64,000 bases of DNA from an uncultured Actinomycetes bacterium (GTDB lineage: Bacteria; Actinomycetota; UBA4738; HRBIN12), in contig CAVZQM010000005.1 of NCBI GenBank assembly GCA_963777495.1, forward strand, positions 15,401 through 79,400, given 5' to 3'. The notes below the pieces were generated by a model. It ran no database searches, had not been told where the DNA came from, and was given only the letters and a program-made list of their open reading frames with translations. This document shows, one piece after another, positions 7,336 through 17,490 of the stretch. A program made the position numbers and the translations under genes. Positions within the stretch are counted from its first letter, which is position 1, and every line of letters begins with the position of its first letter.

Positions 7336-8566
7336 CCGGGATGAACTCGAAGACGCTGTCGCCGATCGCCACCTCGTCGCCCGGGTTGGCCCCCATCTCG
7401 GCCAGGACCCGCTCGATGCCCTCCTTGACCAGTCGCCCCTGGAGCTTGGCCAACGACACCTCGTCGTCCAGGTCGGTCTCCAGGACCCACCGTTCGGCGT
7501 TCCGGCCCTTCACGCGCCAGCCGGCGCCCTCGCGCGCCACGGTGAAACGTGGACGCCCCGGACGCAGCACCACGAACGGCGTCGCCTCGGGTTCGGCTTC
7601 CTCCACCGCCTTGGACATCGCGCCAACCCGTGCCAGCAGTTCATCGAGCCCTTCGCTCGTGACCGCCGAGACGGCGAGAGCGCCCTCCCCGAGCTCGCGG
7701 GCCTTCGCCCGCGGGTCGTCGACCAGGTCCGCCTTCGTGCCCACCACGATGGACCTGCGCATCCCCAGCTCCCGGTCGTAGGCAGACAGCTCCGCACGGA
7801 GCGTCGTCAGGTCCGCAGGCGGATCGTCTTCCGACAGGTCCACGACCATCACCAACGCCCGGCAGCGCAGGATGTGCCGGAGGAACCGGTGGCCGAGGCC
7901 TCGTCCCTCGTGAGCGCCCTCCACCAGGCCGGGGATGTCGGCCACGACGAACCGGTCGCCGTCGCCGCCCGCCACGCCCAGGTTCGGCGTCAGCGTGGTG
8001 AACGGGTAGTTCGCGATCTTGGGCTTCGCGGCGGACAACCGCGACAGCAGCGTGGACTTGCCGGCGTTGGGCAGGCCGACGAGTCCCACGTCGGCCACCG
8101 TGCGGAGCTCCACGCGCAGGCGCTTCTCCTCGCCGTCCTCGCCCGGCTCGGACGTGCGAGGGACGCGGTTGCGCGCGCTGGCGAGCGCGGCGTTCCCACG
8201 ACCGCCGCGACCGCCCTGGGCGACGATCGCGCGGGAGCCCTCGCCCACCAGGTCGGCGATCAGCCCGTCGTCGTCGGAGACGACGGTGCCGTCGGGCACG
8301 GGAACGATCAGGTCCTTGCCGGTGGCGCCGTCGCGCTTGGCGCTGCGGCCGGCCACGCCGTTGGGCGCCCGCTGGTGCGGGTGATCGGCGATCCAGGACA
8401 GGTCGTGGACGCCGCGAGAGACCTCGAAGACGACCGACGCCCCCGCCCCTCCGTTGCCGCCGTCGGGACCGCCGTGCGGCTTGTAGGGCTCGCTGTGCAT
8501 GGACGCCGAGCCGTTGCCGCCGCGGCCGGCCTTCGCGTACACGAGCGCTTCGTCGACGAACGTCAT
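7295..8566 (-). CDS. obg: GTPase Obg/CgtA
   Basis: 423 aa, intact. MTFVDEALVYAKAGRGGNGSASMHSEPYKPHGGPDGGNGGAGASVVF (Obg fold). G1 GLPNAGKST, G3 DIPGLVEGAHEGRGLG, G4 TKADL. C-terminal OCT-like domain. Confidence 0.95.
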   Translation of the reverse strand: MTFVDEALVYAKAGRGGNGSASMHSEPYKPHGGPDGGNGGAGASVVFEVSRGVHDLSWIADHPHQRAPNGVAGRSAKRDGATGKDLIVPVPDGTVVSDDDGLIADLVGEGSRAIVAQGGRGGRGNAALASARNRVPRTSEPGEDGEEKRLRVELRTVADVGLVGLPNAGKSTLLSRLSAAKPKIANYPFTTLTPNLGVAGGDGDRFVVADIPGLVEGAHEGRGLGHRFLRHILRCRALVMVVDLSEDDPPADLTTLRAELSAYDRELGMRRSIVVGTKADLVDDPRAKARELGEGALAVSAVTSEGLDELLARVGAMSKAVEEAEPEATPFVVLRPGRPRFTVAREGAGWRVKGRNAERWVLETDLDDEVSLAKLQGRLVKEGIERVLAEMGANPGDEVAIGDSVFEFIPDAAARTGGAADGR

Positions 8567-8616
8567 GGCGACCAGCTTAGGTGGTCGTCCGGCACCCGTC
8601 GGGGCAAGATGTGCCC

Positions 8617-9075
8617 ATGCCGGAGGCGACGACCGTGTGGATGGTTCGGCTGGACCGCGGACAGGTCGAGGACGACGTGCGCGGAACGCTGGCGCTGGAC
8701 GCCGAGGCCGTCGTGTTCACCGAAGCTCGCTCCGGGACCGAGCACCGCATCCCCATCGCGGCGATGCAGCAGCCCCGGCGGGTGAAAGGGTCGCCGATCC
8801 TGATGATCGCGCACACCGCCGACGGGGAGGTGCGCCGGGTGGCGTTCTACTTCTCGCAGCCACCGCCGTTGCACCCGCCCGAGCCCGGCACCGCGGCGCT
8901 GCCCGAGGGCGGGCTCGGGGGTCGGCCGGTGGGGGCGTTCGGCGCGATCCGCCGCTCGTCCAAGCGCCGCCACATGCGCACGAACCTGGGCTACCTCACC
9001 ACGGCCAACGCCGGCCTCAAGCAAGTGATCCAGGGGTGGGTCGAGGAGCTCGGAGCCAGGATGCGCGCCGGCTAG
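8617..9075 (+). CDS. hypothetical protein (152 aa from ATG 8617)
   Basis: ORF 8581..9075. MPEATTVWMVRLDRGQVEDDVRGTLALDAEAVVFTE...ILMIAHTADGEVRRVAFYF suggests a PH/GRAM-like beta-sandwich start followed by a Pro/Gly linker and a basic helix. No family recognised. Lies opposite-strand between rpmA and obg. Confidence 0.5.
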   Translation: MPEATTVWMVRLDRGQVEDDVRGTLALDAEAVVFTEARSGTEHRIPIAAMQQPRRVKGSPILMIAHTADGEVRRVAFYFSQPPPLHPPEPGTAALPEGGLGGRPVGAFGAIRRSSKRRHMRTNLGYLTTANAGLKQVIQGWVEELGARMRAG

Positions 9076-9101
9076 GGCGCGCTACTCGCTCGGCTCGGGC
9101 G

Positions 9102-9356
9102 CTACTCGTTCGGCTGCACCGAGGCGAACTTGCGCCCGCGGGAATCGTGGAACTCCACGACGCCCGGTCGGAGGGCGAACAACGTGTCGTCGCTGCCCTT
9201 GCCGACCCCGTCACCGGGATGGATCCGCGTGCCGCGCTGGCGCACGATGATGGAGCCGGCGGGAACCTTCTCCCCGCCGAACGCCTTCACGCCGAGGCGC
9301 TTCGCATTGGAATCGCGGCCGTTCCGGGACGAGCCGCCGCCCTTCTTGTGTGCCAT
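9102..9356 (-). CDS. rpmA: 50S ribosomal protein L27
   Basis: [62 protein letters not shown] is the L27 signature. Confidence 0.97.
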   Translation of the reverse strand: MAHKKGGGSSRNGRDSNAKRLGVKAFGGEKVPAGSIIVRQRGTRIHPGDGVGKGSDDTLFALRPGVVEFHDSRGRKFASVQPNE

Positions 9357-9378
9357 AAGGCCTCCAGGCTACCAGTCG

Positions 9379-9783
9379 TTATTCGGCCGAGTCGACTGCC
9401 TCGACGGCCTCGACCGGTGCGTCCTCGACGTCGGGGGCGGGCTCGGCCTTCGCCTTGGTTGCGCGCTTGGGCGCCGCGCCGAACTTCACATCCTCGATCT
9501 CGAGCATCGTGAGGATCTGGCGGTGGCCGGCGCGCTTCGCGTAGCCGCTCTTCGGCCGGTACTTGAACATCTTGATCTTGTCGCCCTTCTTCTCCCCCAA
9601 AGGCTTGGCCGTGACGACGGCCTTGGCGGCCTCGGCACCCACGTGCGTCTTCCCGTCGTCGTCCACGACCAGGATGGGGTGGAACGTCATCGTCTCGCCG
9701 TCGTGAACGATCTTCTCGACCTCGATGACGTCGCCCGCCTTCACCTTCTGCTGCTTGCCGCCCGTCTTGATCACCGCGTACAT
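9379..9783 (-). CDS. rplU: 50S ribosomal protein L21 (with acidic/Ala-rich C-terminal tail)
   Basis: [25 protein letters not shown]...[28 protein letters not shown] is the L21 pattern. Confidence 0.95.
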   Translation of the reverse strand: MYAVIKTGGKQQKVKAGDVIEVEKIVHDGETMTFHPILVVDDDGKTHVGAEAAKAVVTAKPLGEKKGDKIKMFKYRPKSGYAKRAGHRQILTMLEIEDVKFGAAPKRATKAKAEPAPDVEDAPVEAVEAVDSAE

Positions 9784-9798
9784 CGCTCGTCCTCCAGC

Positions 9799-12212
9799 TC
9801 AGGCTTCGTAGTTGACCAGGATGCCCCGGCCTTCACAGGTGGGGCATGTCTCGGAGAAGGATTCAACCAGACCGCCGGACACCCGCTTGCGGGTCACCTG
9901 CATCAACCCGAGGGGTCCGATCTCGAACACCTGGGATCGGGTCTTGTCGACGGCCAAGGCCTCCTTCATGGCGTCCTCGACCTGCTTCTTGTTCTTCTCC
10001 AGCAGCATATCGATGAAGTCGACCACGATGATCCCGCCGATGTCCCGCAACCGGAGCTGCCGGGCGACCTCTCGGGCCGCCTCGAGGTTCGTGTTCGTGA
10101 CCGTGGCCTCGAGGTTGGTCTTGCCGACGCTCTTGCCCGTGTTCACGTCGACGATCGTCATGGCCTCGGTCCGCTCGATGAACAGGTAGCCACCCGACGG
10201 CAGCCACACCTTCTTGTCGAGCGCCTTGTGGATCTGCTCGACCACGCGGTATTCCTCGAACGCCGGGAGCCGTCCCTGGTGCAGGTGCACCTTGGGCTCC
10301 AGGTCCGGGGCGACGTCGCGGACGTACGTCATGACCTTCTCGTAGACGCGCGGCGAGTCCGTCGCGAGCAGCTTGAACTCCTCGTCGGTGAACAGGTCGC
10401 GCACCACGCGCACGGTCAGCTCCGGTTCCTCGTACAACCCCGCCGGCGCCTTGGCCTTCTTCGAGTGCTTCTGGATGTCGTCCCACTCGCGGACCAGTCG
10501 CATCAGGTCGGCCGTCAAGGCATCCTCGCTGGCGCCCTCGGCAGCCGTACGGACGATGACGCCGTGCCCCTCGGGGCGCACCTTCTTCATGATCGTCTTC
10601 AGGCGCCGACGCTCGTCGTCGGGCAGCCGCCGGCTGATGCCGGAGATGTTCGCGTTCGGCACGAAGACCAGGAACCGTCCCGGCATGGAGATCTGCGCCG
10701 TCAGGCGCGCGCCCTTGCCGCCCATCGGGTCCTTGGTCACCTGGACCAGGACCGGCTGCCCGTTCTTCAGGACCTGCTCGATGCGTGGTTGCGGCCCTTC
10801 GAGGTCCTCGGGCGAGTAGTTGACCTCGCCGGCGTACAGCACGCCGTTGCGGCCCCGACCGATGTCGATGAACGCGGCTTCCATGCCCGGGAGCACGTTC
10901 TGCACGCGTCCCAGGTAGACGTTGCCGACCATCGACCGTGCGCCTGTTCGCGTGACGTAGTGCTGGACCAGGACGTTCTCCTCGAGCACCGCGATCTGGT
11001 CGCGATCACCGTGTTCGGTGATCACCATGACCTTGTCCGTGATCCGCGGCACGACGATCGTGTCCTCGCGGCGGCGCCGTCCTCCGCCGACCCGCCCGGT
11101 CCGCGAACGGCTGGAACGCAGGCCACGGGTGGGGCCACCGGCCTCCACCTGCTCCTCGTTCGTCCTGGTGCGGGCGCGACGCGATGGCTCCGCCGCCACC
11201 GTGTCGGTGGACTCGGTTGCGTGGTCGCTCGGAGCGGAGGCCGCCCGCTTGGTGGAACCCGAGCCGCGGCGACCGCGGCGCTTGCGGGCGCCCGTGGGGG
11301 CTGTCGGCGCGCCATCGGGCAGGGCGTCGTCGCGCTGGGTGTCAGCGGTGGAATCGTTGGGTGCTTCGTCGTCGGCGCTCGACTTCGGTAGCGGCGTTGC
11401 CGCGGCGGCCTCTGCTGACGCTCGCGGGTCCGCGACGCCGACGGGTCTCGCTCGCGCGTCGACGACGGCGACGGCGTGCGGTTGCGGCCGTAACCGCCTG
11501 AAGGCGCGGGGCGATCCGCGCGTTCCTCGACGTCGTCTTCCCGCTGACGATCGTTCCCTGCCGAACGGTCGGCGGACGACCGGCTGCCGTCAGCGGCTCT
11601 GTTGCCGTCGGCTCGGTTGCCGTCCGCTCCGTTCGTCGTGGCCGGCCGGGGACCTCCGCCCCCGCCCCGTCCTCGTCCGCCTCGCCGCCGGCGACGCTTG
11701 GGGGCCGCGGAAGGAGTCCCCGCCTCCCCGGTCGTGGGCGTCGGGCGCTCCGCGGATGTGTCGGCATCGGTATCGGACTGGGGGGTCGTTCGGGTTCGGG
11801 GGGTCGCCTGACGCGGCTGCCGAGGGTGGCCGACTTCGCCGGGCCTTCGTCGTCCCGATCTCCGTCGGGAACACGGGGTGGCCGCGGCCGACCGGTATCG
11901 GAGCTGGCTCGATCCGGATCGGGATCCTCGGACTTGGGAGCGGACCCGTCGGATCCGTGGAGGACTCCGCGGATCCCGAACCTCGCGGTCCGGTTCGCCG
12001 CGCCGGCCCCGCTGCGGGATCGACCCCGGCCGCCTCTCCTCCGTCGGCGCCTGGGGGCGCCGGTTCCGGTGACGCCCGTGCCGCCCGTCCCGGTCGCTGC
12101 GGATCCTCCGCTCGGGGTCTCGCCCCCATCGCTGGGTGTCGGGCCGTCGGACGAACGCTCGGTCGGCGCTGGTCGCGGCCGGTTCGGTCGCGACCGGGTG
12201 TTCGTGGTTCAT
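9799..12212 (-). pseudogene. rne: ribonuclease E (catalytic core intact; long Arg/Pro/Gly/Asp-rich N-terminal extension with at least one frame change)
   Basis: ORF 9799..11199 is the RNase E/G core: S1 domain [23 protein letters not shown], ...[10 protein letters not shown]..., Zn-link CPTCEGRG. The low-complexity region upstream reads in another frame (ORF 11022..12872) from ATG 12212 (MNHEHPVATEP...), preceded by GAGAGGAG. Frame change somewhere in 11200-11350. Confidence 0.85.
11595..11639. repeat. 15-nt tandem repeat (about 2.5 copies) inside the rne low-complexity region
   Basis: GGCTCTGTTGCCGTC (11595-11609), GGCTCGGTTGCCGTC (11610-11624), then a degenerate third unit. Encodes DGNRA-DGNRA on the minus strand. 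Confidence 0.5.
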
Positions 12213-12624
12213 ATGGTGAGCTCCTCTCGCTCGGTGCGAGGGAGCGCGACGGTGGGCGAGCGTGGGGCAGGACGTGGGGCGTGGCTCCGGCGTGCGGAAC
12301 CGCTGCGGTGTCGGTGTGCGTGCCCGGTCCGCAGTCGGCGGTGTGCCGCTGCGCACTGGGTCGCGCGCGTCATCGCGCACCCGATACGTCCTTCTCCGGC
12401 GCTCGCGTTTCCCGCGCTCGCGGCTCTCCGGGGATTCCGGGGCCCGGCGGGCGGCGGTTCGCGCGCCTCCTCGACGATGTCGATCTCGCTCGGGCGCCGC
12501 ATGGGGAGCTGCGCTCGGCGAGCAGGTCTGTGGTGAGCATAGCAGCGAGGTCGCCCGGGAACCGGAAGGGAACCGCCCGAAACACCCCTCGACGCGAGTC
12601 GTCGCCCGGCTCATACGTACGTTG

Positions 12625-12640
12625 TCCCCCATATGGGGGA
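12625..12640. promoter_or_regulatory. perfect 16-nt palindrome in the rne / receiver-kinase intergenic region
   Basis: TCCCCCATATGGGGGA (12625-12640), flanked by a second inverted pair CATACG (12612-12617) / CGTATG (12654-12659). Function unknown (operator or RNA hairpin). Confidence 0.3.
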
Positions 12641-12699
12641 GCCACCGAAACGCTCGTATGTCTGATGCGCCTCCTGTTGCCGTGAGTGACACTTGAGAC

Positions 12700-13954
12700 A
12701 TGTTGGTGCAGAGGGCTCCCGCGACCGCGCGCCAGCGTGTTCGCGTGCTCGTCGTGGACGACAACACGGGGTTCCGCGACTCCCTCGTTTCGCTGCTGGA
12801 CACCGACGAACTCATGGTCGTCGGCCAGGCGGGCAACGGCGCCCAGGCGCTGGAGCTCATCGCGACGACCAAGCCCGACGTCGTGTTGATGGACGTGCGG
12901 ATGCCCGATGATGGACGGCATCGAGACGACCCGCCGCCTCAAGGTGATGAACCCGGAACTCGGGATCGTCGCCCTCACCGGACTCGAGGATCAACGAGCG
13001 GTCCGGGACATGTTGGTGGCCGGCGCGTCCGGCTACGTCCTCAAGGACTCCGACGGAGACGAGATCCTCAACGCCGTGCGCGAGGCCGCCGCGGGTGGCG
13101 GCATCATCTCGCCGCAGCTGACACCGACCGTCATCGACGAGCTGACCGAGGCGCTCGAGCGGGAGCGCCGCCGCACGCGCCAGCTCGAGATCGCACAGGA
13201 GGCGCTGCTTGGAGCGCGCGGCCAGCCGCCACGAGCTCGTGTCCCGCCTGGGTCACGAGCTCCGCACGCCGGTCACCGTGATCCTCGGCATGGCGCAGAC
13301 GCTCGCGGGCGGCACCGCGCCGGAGGAGGCCCGCGAGGAGCTCCTGGAACGACTGGTCAGCGCGCGCCGACGACCTCGCCCGGCTCGTCCAGCGCTTCGA
13401 AGCCGGCGGTCGAGGCGGGGCTGACCGAGTGGGCCGACGTGACGGACGTCGCTCGCGAGGTCGCCGCCGCGAACGACCGGATCCGGGTCGAGGCGCCCGA
13501 CGCCGCCGGCCATGGCCAGCCTGAACCGCCTGGCCGCCTGCCGGATCCTGGAGGAGCTGGTCGAGAACGCCCTGGCGTTCTCGACCGAGGACCGTCGACG
13601 GTGCTGATCCGCGTCGATCTCGAGGATGGATCTCCGGTGATCCGCGTGATCGACGAGGGACCGGGCATCGACGCCAAGTCGCTGCCGCGCATCTTCGCGC
13701 CGCTCGAGCAGGGCGAGACGCTCAACTCCCGCACCCATCAGGGCATGGGGCTCGGGCTCGCGATCGCGCGGATGTCGGCGCGCGCCATGGACGGCGACGT
13801 CATCCTCGAAGCGACCGGCCCGGGCGGCTCCACGTTCACGTGGCACGTCGGCGGGCAGCCGGTGGACCGAATCGCTCACTTGAAGCGGCGCATGTGCACG
13901 TTCAGCAACAGCCCCGCCGCGATGAAGTTCGCGAGCATCGCGGTTCCCCCGTAG
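12700..13954 (+). pseudogene. receiver-first hybrid histidine kinase (REC - coiled coil - HisKA - HATPase_c); about six frame changes; 3' end uncertain
   Basis: REC: RVRVLVVDDNTGFRDSLVSLLDTDELMVVGQAGNGAQALELIATTKPDVVLMDVRMP / MDGIETTRRLKVMNPELGIVALTGLEDQRAVRDMLVAGASGYVLKD. HisKA: ELVSRLGHELRTPVTVILGMAQTL. ATPase: ILEELVENALAFS, VIDEGPGID, QGMGLGLAIARMSARAMDGDVILEATGPGGSTFTW. Breaks near 12905, 13205, 13365, 13395, 13510 and 13600. The open frame overlaps the rodA 3' end, so the true stop may be earlier. Confidence 0.7.
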
Positions 13955-15023
13955 CTCACGAACGGCAACGGGATCCCCGTGATCGGCATGATCCCCAGGA
14001 CCATCCCCACGTTGACGAACATCTGGATCGCGAACATCGACGCCACGCCGGCCGCCACGTACGTCCCGAACGGATCCTTCGATAGGTACGAGATCCGGAT
14101 CGCGCGCCAGATCAGGATGGCGAACAGCATCAGGACGAACGCCGCGCCGATGAAGCCGAACTCCTCCCCCACCACGGTGAAGATGAAGTCGGTGTGCTGC
14201 TCCGGCACGAAGTCCAGGTTGGTCTGGATCCCGTTGAGGTACCCGCTGCCGAACAGGCCGCCCGCGCCGATCGCGAGCTCTGCCTGTTCCCGGTTGTACT
14301 TCGTGGCGTCCGTCGGAGTTCTGCGGATCGAGGAACGACGTGAGTCGCTGCGACCTGGTAGTCCTGGATCACGTGGAGCTGGAACGCGAGCGCGACGAGC
14401 ACGATCGAGCCAGCGCCAGCGCCACCAGGTGCCGCAGCCGCGTGCCGGCCACGACCAGGATGCCGACGACGATCGCGACGAGGACGATCGTGGTCCCGAT
14501 GTCGGGCTGGATGAAGACCAGGAGCATCGGGACGGCCGACACGATGCAGACGCGCAGCACGTCGGGGAGCATCGGCTCCTGCGTGCGGAGCTCCGACAGC
14601 ATCGCGGCGAGCATCAGGATCAGCGCGATCTTGGCGAACTCCGACGGCGTGATCTGGAACCCGCCGAACTCGAACCAGCGTTGCGCGCCGTTCGCCGTCG
14701 ATCCGATGCCGGGCAGACGGCACCAGGATCAAGGCCAGCACCGTCGCCGCGAAGATGAAGCCCGGCGTACACCTTGAAGAACCGATAGTCGACGGTGGCG
14801 ATCGATCAGCAGGAGCAGCACGCCCAGGATGAGCGCCGCCACCTGCTTCTTGACGTAGATCATCGGATCCTCGTTCAGCGCCTCCAGGCCCGCGGTGCGT
14901 CGACGAGTAGATCGAGAGCAGTCCCACGATCGACAGGCACGCCGTCGTGATCAGCAGGACCGGATCGAGGTGACGGATCGGCCGTCGTTCGTTGGCGAAG
15001 GTCCGCCCGGCGACGAGGTCCAT
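13876..15023 (-). pseudogene. rodA: SEDS peptidoglycan polymerase RodA; at least six frame changes
   Basis: MDLVAGRTFANERRPIRHLDPVLLITTACLSIVGLLSIYSSTH (ATG 15023) ... ALNEDPMIYVKKQVAALILGVLLLLI ... WFEFGGFQITPSEFAKIALILMLAAML ... LLVFIQPDIGTTIVLVAIVV ... VPEQHTDFIFTVVGEEFGFIGAAFVL ... GIPLPFVSYGGTAMLANF. The pieces lie in all three minus frames. Confidence 0.85.
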
Positions 15024-16973
15024 CAGTCGGTCACCCCGCCGTCGACCACGACCGCTGCTGTCGATGCCGTAGAGGCCCTCGATCACCTGCCGCACGATCG
15101 GCGCCGCCGACGTCGATCCGTGACCGCCCTGTTCGACCATCGCGATGATCACGTACTGCGGGTCGTACGCGGGCACCATGGCCGCGAACCACGACGTGTC
15201 CTGGAACGGCGGTCGTTGCGCGGTGCCGGTCTTGCCGGCGACCGGAATCTCCGACAGCGGGAACCCGGCGAAGGCCGTGGCGGCCGTTCCTCCGGACTGC
15301 GTCACCGTCGCCAGGGCGTTGCGGATGTAGTCGAGCTCCGCCTGCGTGTACGGGAGCGTCCGCTTGTTGCAGTGCCCGGTGACCGGCCGCGTCAGCTCGC
15401 CGTCCGGGGTCCTCGATGTGATCGACCGACGTGGGGACGGCAGATCTTGCCGCCGTTCGCGATCGCCGAGTACGCGACCGCCAGCTGCATCGGGGTGACG
15501 TCACGAACCCCTGGCCGATCGCCATCTGGATGTCGTCGCCCGGGAGCCAGCTCTGCTCGTCCGGGAGCAGGACCTCCGGGTGATCCTCCGCGAACTGCGT
15601 CTTCCAGTCGGGATCGGGGATCAGACCGGTCGTCTCGAGCGGCAGGTCGAGCTTCGTGGCCGCTGCCGAACCCGAACTGGCGCAGACTGTCCTGCAGCAG
15701 CGTCGCGTCCTTGCCCAGTCGGTCGACGTTGTAGCGATCGTAGAAGTCGGCGCCCCAGCTGTAGAAGACCGTGTCGCACGAGCACCTTCAACGCGGTCTC
15801 CACGCGAGATCGTGCCGAGGTTCGCGGTGGTCCAGTTGTGGAACACGGTCGTCGTGTCGCCGGGATACATGTACTCCGGCGGACACGGGTAGTAGCTGCC
15901 GAAGTCCGCCAAGCCGTGCTGCTCGGCGGCCAGCGCGATGAACGGCTTGAACGTCGATCCCGGCGCGAACGACAGCTGCGTCGCCCGGTTGAGCGCGGGC
16001 GCCCCCGAGTCGTCGCCGAAGACCGCCGCGATCGCGTTTCTTCGACAGACCCTGGACGAACCACGAGGGGTCGTAGCTCGGCCACGACGCGATCGCCTTG
16101 ATCCCCCCGGTCGGTCGGGATCCATGACGATCACCGCTCCGGACGTTCGCCTTGAGGTAGCCCGGCGGGTCCTGCGAGTCGTCGAAGATGCGTCCGGGTG
16201 TGCTCGATCCCGTCGAACGAGGGCCTGCTCCGCGATCGCGCTGCGTGTCGATGTCGAGCGACAGCACGAGGTCGTTGCCCGGGACGGCGGCCTCCTCGCC
16301 CAAGCAGACGCACGATCTCCTGGTTCGCGTTCACCAGGTACTTCTGCCGGCCCTTCTGACCCTGCAGGAACCGCTCGTACTGCTGCTCCAGCCCGGTCTG
16401 GCCGACCAGGTCGTTCGGCCCGTAGTCCTTGAACCGCTTGTGTCGTCGATGTTCTCCGCGGTCGATCTGACCGACCACGCCCAAGACGTGCGCCGCCATC
16501 GTGCCGTTCGGGTAGTCGCGAACGGCCGCCGGCACGACCTCGACGCCGGGGAAGTCGTCGGCGTGCTCGGACAGGTAGAAGCTGACTCCTTGTCCACGTC
16601 GTACGCGACGGGTTTCGACTGATAGTCGTAGTAGCCGGTTGCTGTCCAGCCCCTCGCGGATCTCCTGGACGGGGATCCCGAGGACCTCGGACAGTCGCAG
16701 CATCTCGCCCTCCGGCGTCTTCATCGAGCTGATCCTTGGTGACCCGGACCTCGAGCGACGTGCGGTTCAGGACCAGCGGTCGATGACGGTCGTCGAAGAT
16801 GCGGCCGCGGGTCGCGTTCGTCTCGACGAACCGCGCCGACTGGCGGTCGACCTCCGTTCGGCCGACGCGGCCAGCGCGAGCACCTGCAGGAACCACAGCC
16901 GCGTGGTGAGCGCCGCGAACATCAGCGCCACGAGGATCGCCAGCACCTTCAGGCGTGAGGTCGACTTCTCCAT
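15023..16973 (-). pseudogene. mrdA: penicillin-binding protein 2 (elongasome transpeptidase); many (at least eight) frame changes
   Basis: TM anchor MEKSTSRLKVLAILVALMFAALTTRLWFLQV (ATG 16973). ...ETNATRGRIFDDRHRPLVLNR...; ...YPNGTMAAHVLGVVGQI...; ...LVGQTGLEQQYERFLQGQKG...; SxxK motif in FAPGSTFKPFIALAA; KTG motif in PVAGKTGTAQ. A likely stop TGA 15025-15023 overlaps the rodA ATG. Confidence 0.85.
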
Positions 16974-17488
16974 CTAGAACCGCACCACCCGTCGGGGTCG
17001 GGATCCTTCGAAGATACGCCGAAGGATCGGGAAGACCAGCGGCGTCAGCACGGCGCTGTAGAGCGCCGACAGGAGCGCGACCCTCAGCAGGTACAGCCAG
17101 CGGGTCGTTGAGCTGACCCAGCAGGAACGACACGATCTCGTAGAAGATCACGCCGCCGAACGTGCCGATCGCCACGAGGATGGTCGGCAGCAGCGGCGAC
17201 GGCGACACGATGTACTGGCTTGGCCAGACCCACCGTGTAGCCGAGCAGCGTCAGCGTCGAGCGCGGTGATCCCCTTCGGCTGGTCGAGCAGGAAGTCCTG
17301 CGCCATGCCGCCGGCGAACCCGATCGATCGCACCCTCGTTCGGGCCCTCCAGGATCGCCATCGAGATCGTGACGACGTACAGCAGCTCGGGCCGTGACCC
17401 CCAGGAGCTTGATCTGCGAGAAGACGGTGGACTGCAGCAGGAGCGCGGTGACGATCACGGCGGCGAGCGCCAGCGTTCGTCGGAGCAC
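16974..17488 (-). pseudogene. mreD: rod shape-determining protein MreD; at least three frame changes
   Basis: GTG 17488: LRRTLALAAVIVTALLLQSTVFSQIKLLGV ... IGFAGGMAQDFLLDQPKGITAL ... TLTLLGYTVGLA ... SPSPLLPTILVAIGTFGGVIFYEIVSFLLGQL ... RRVVRF*. TAG 16976-16974 abuts the mrdA ATG. Position between mreC and mrdA supports the call. Confidence 0.7.
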
Positions 17489-17490
17489 GC

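Noticed and set aside
6761-8785. 674-codon plus-strand ORF
   Set aside because: It lies antisense to nadD, the DinB-like gene and obg. Its translation is Arg/Pro/Ala/Gly-rich with no domain pattern. It is a typical shadow ORF of GC-rich DNA, and the opposite strand encodes an unmistakable Obg.
9130-11391. 753-codon plus-strand ORF
   Set aside because: It is antisense to rpmA, rplU and the rne catalytic core, which are all clearly real. Its composition is low-complexity (Leu/Arg/Asp/Val runs).
11595-11639. Possible CRISPR-like or satellite array
   Set aside because: It has only about 2.5 copies of a 15-nt unit with no spacers. It lies inside the rne low-complexity coding region (DGNRA repeats). 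No other regularly spaced repeats were seen in the window.
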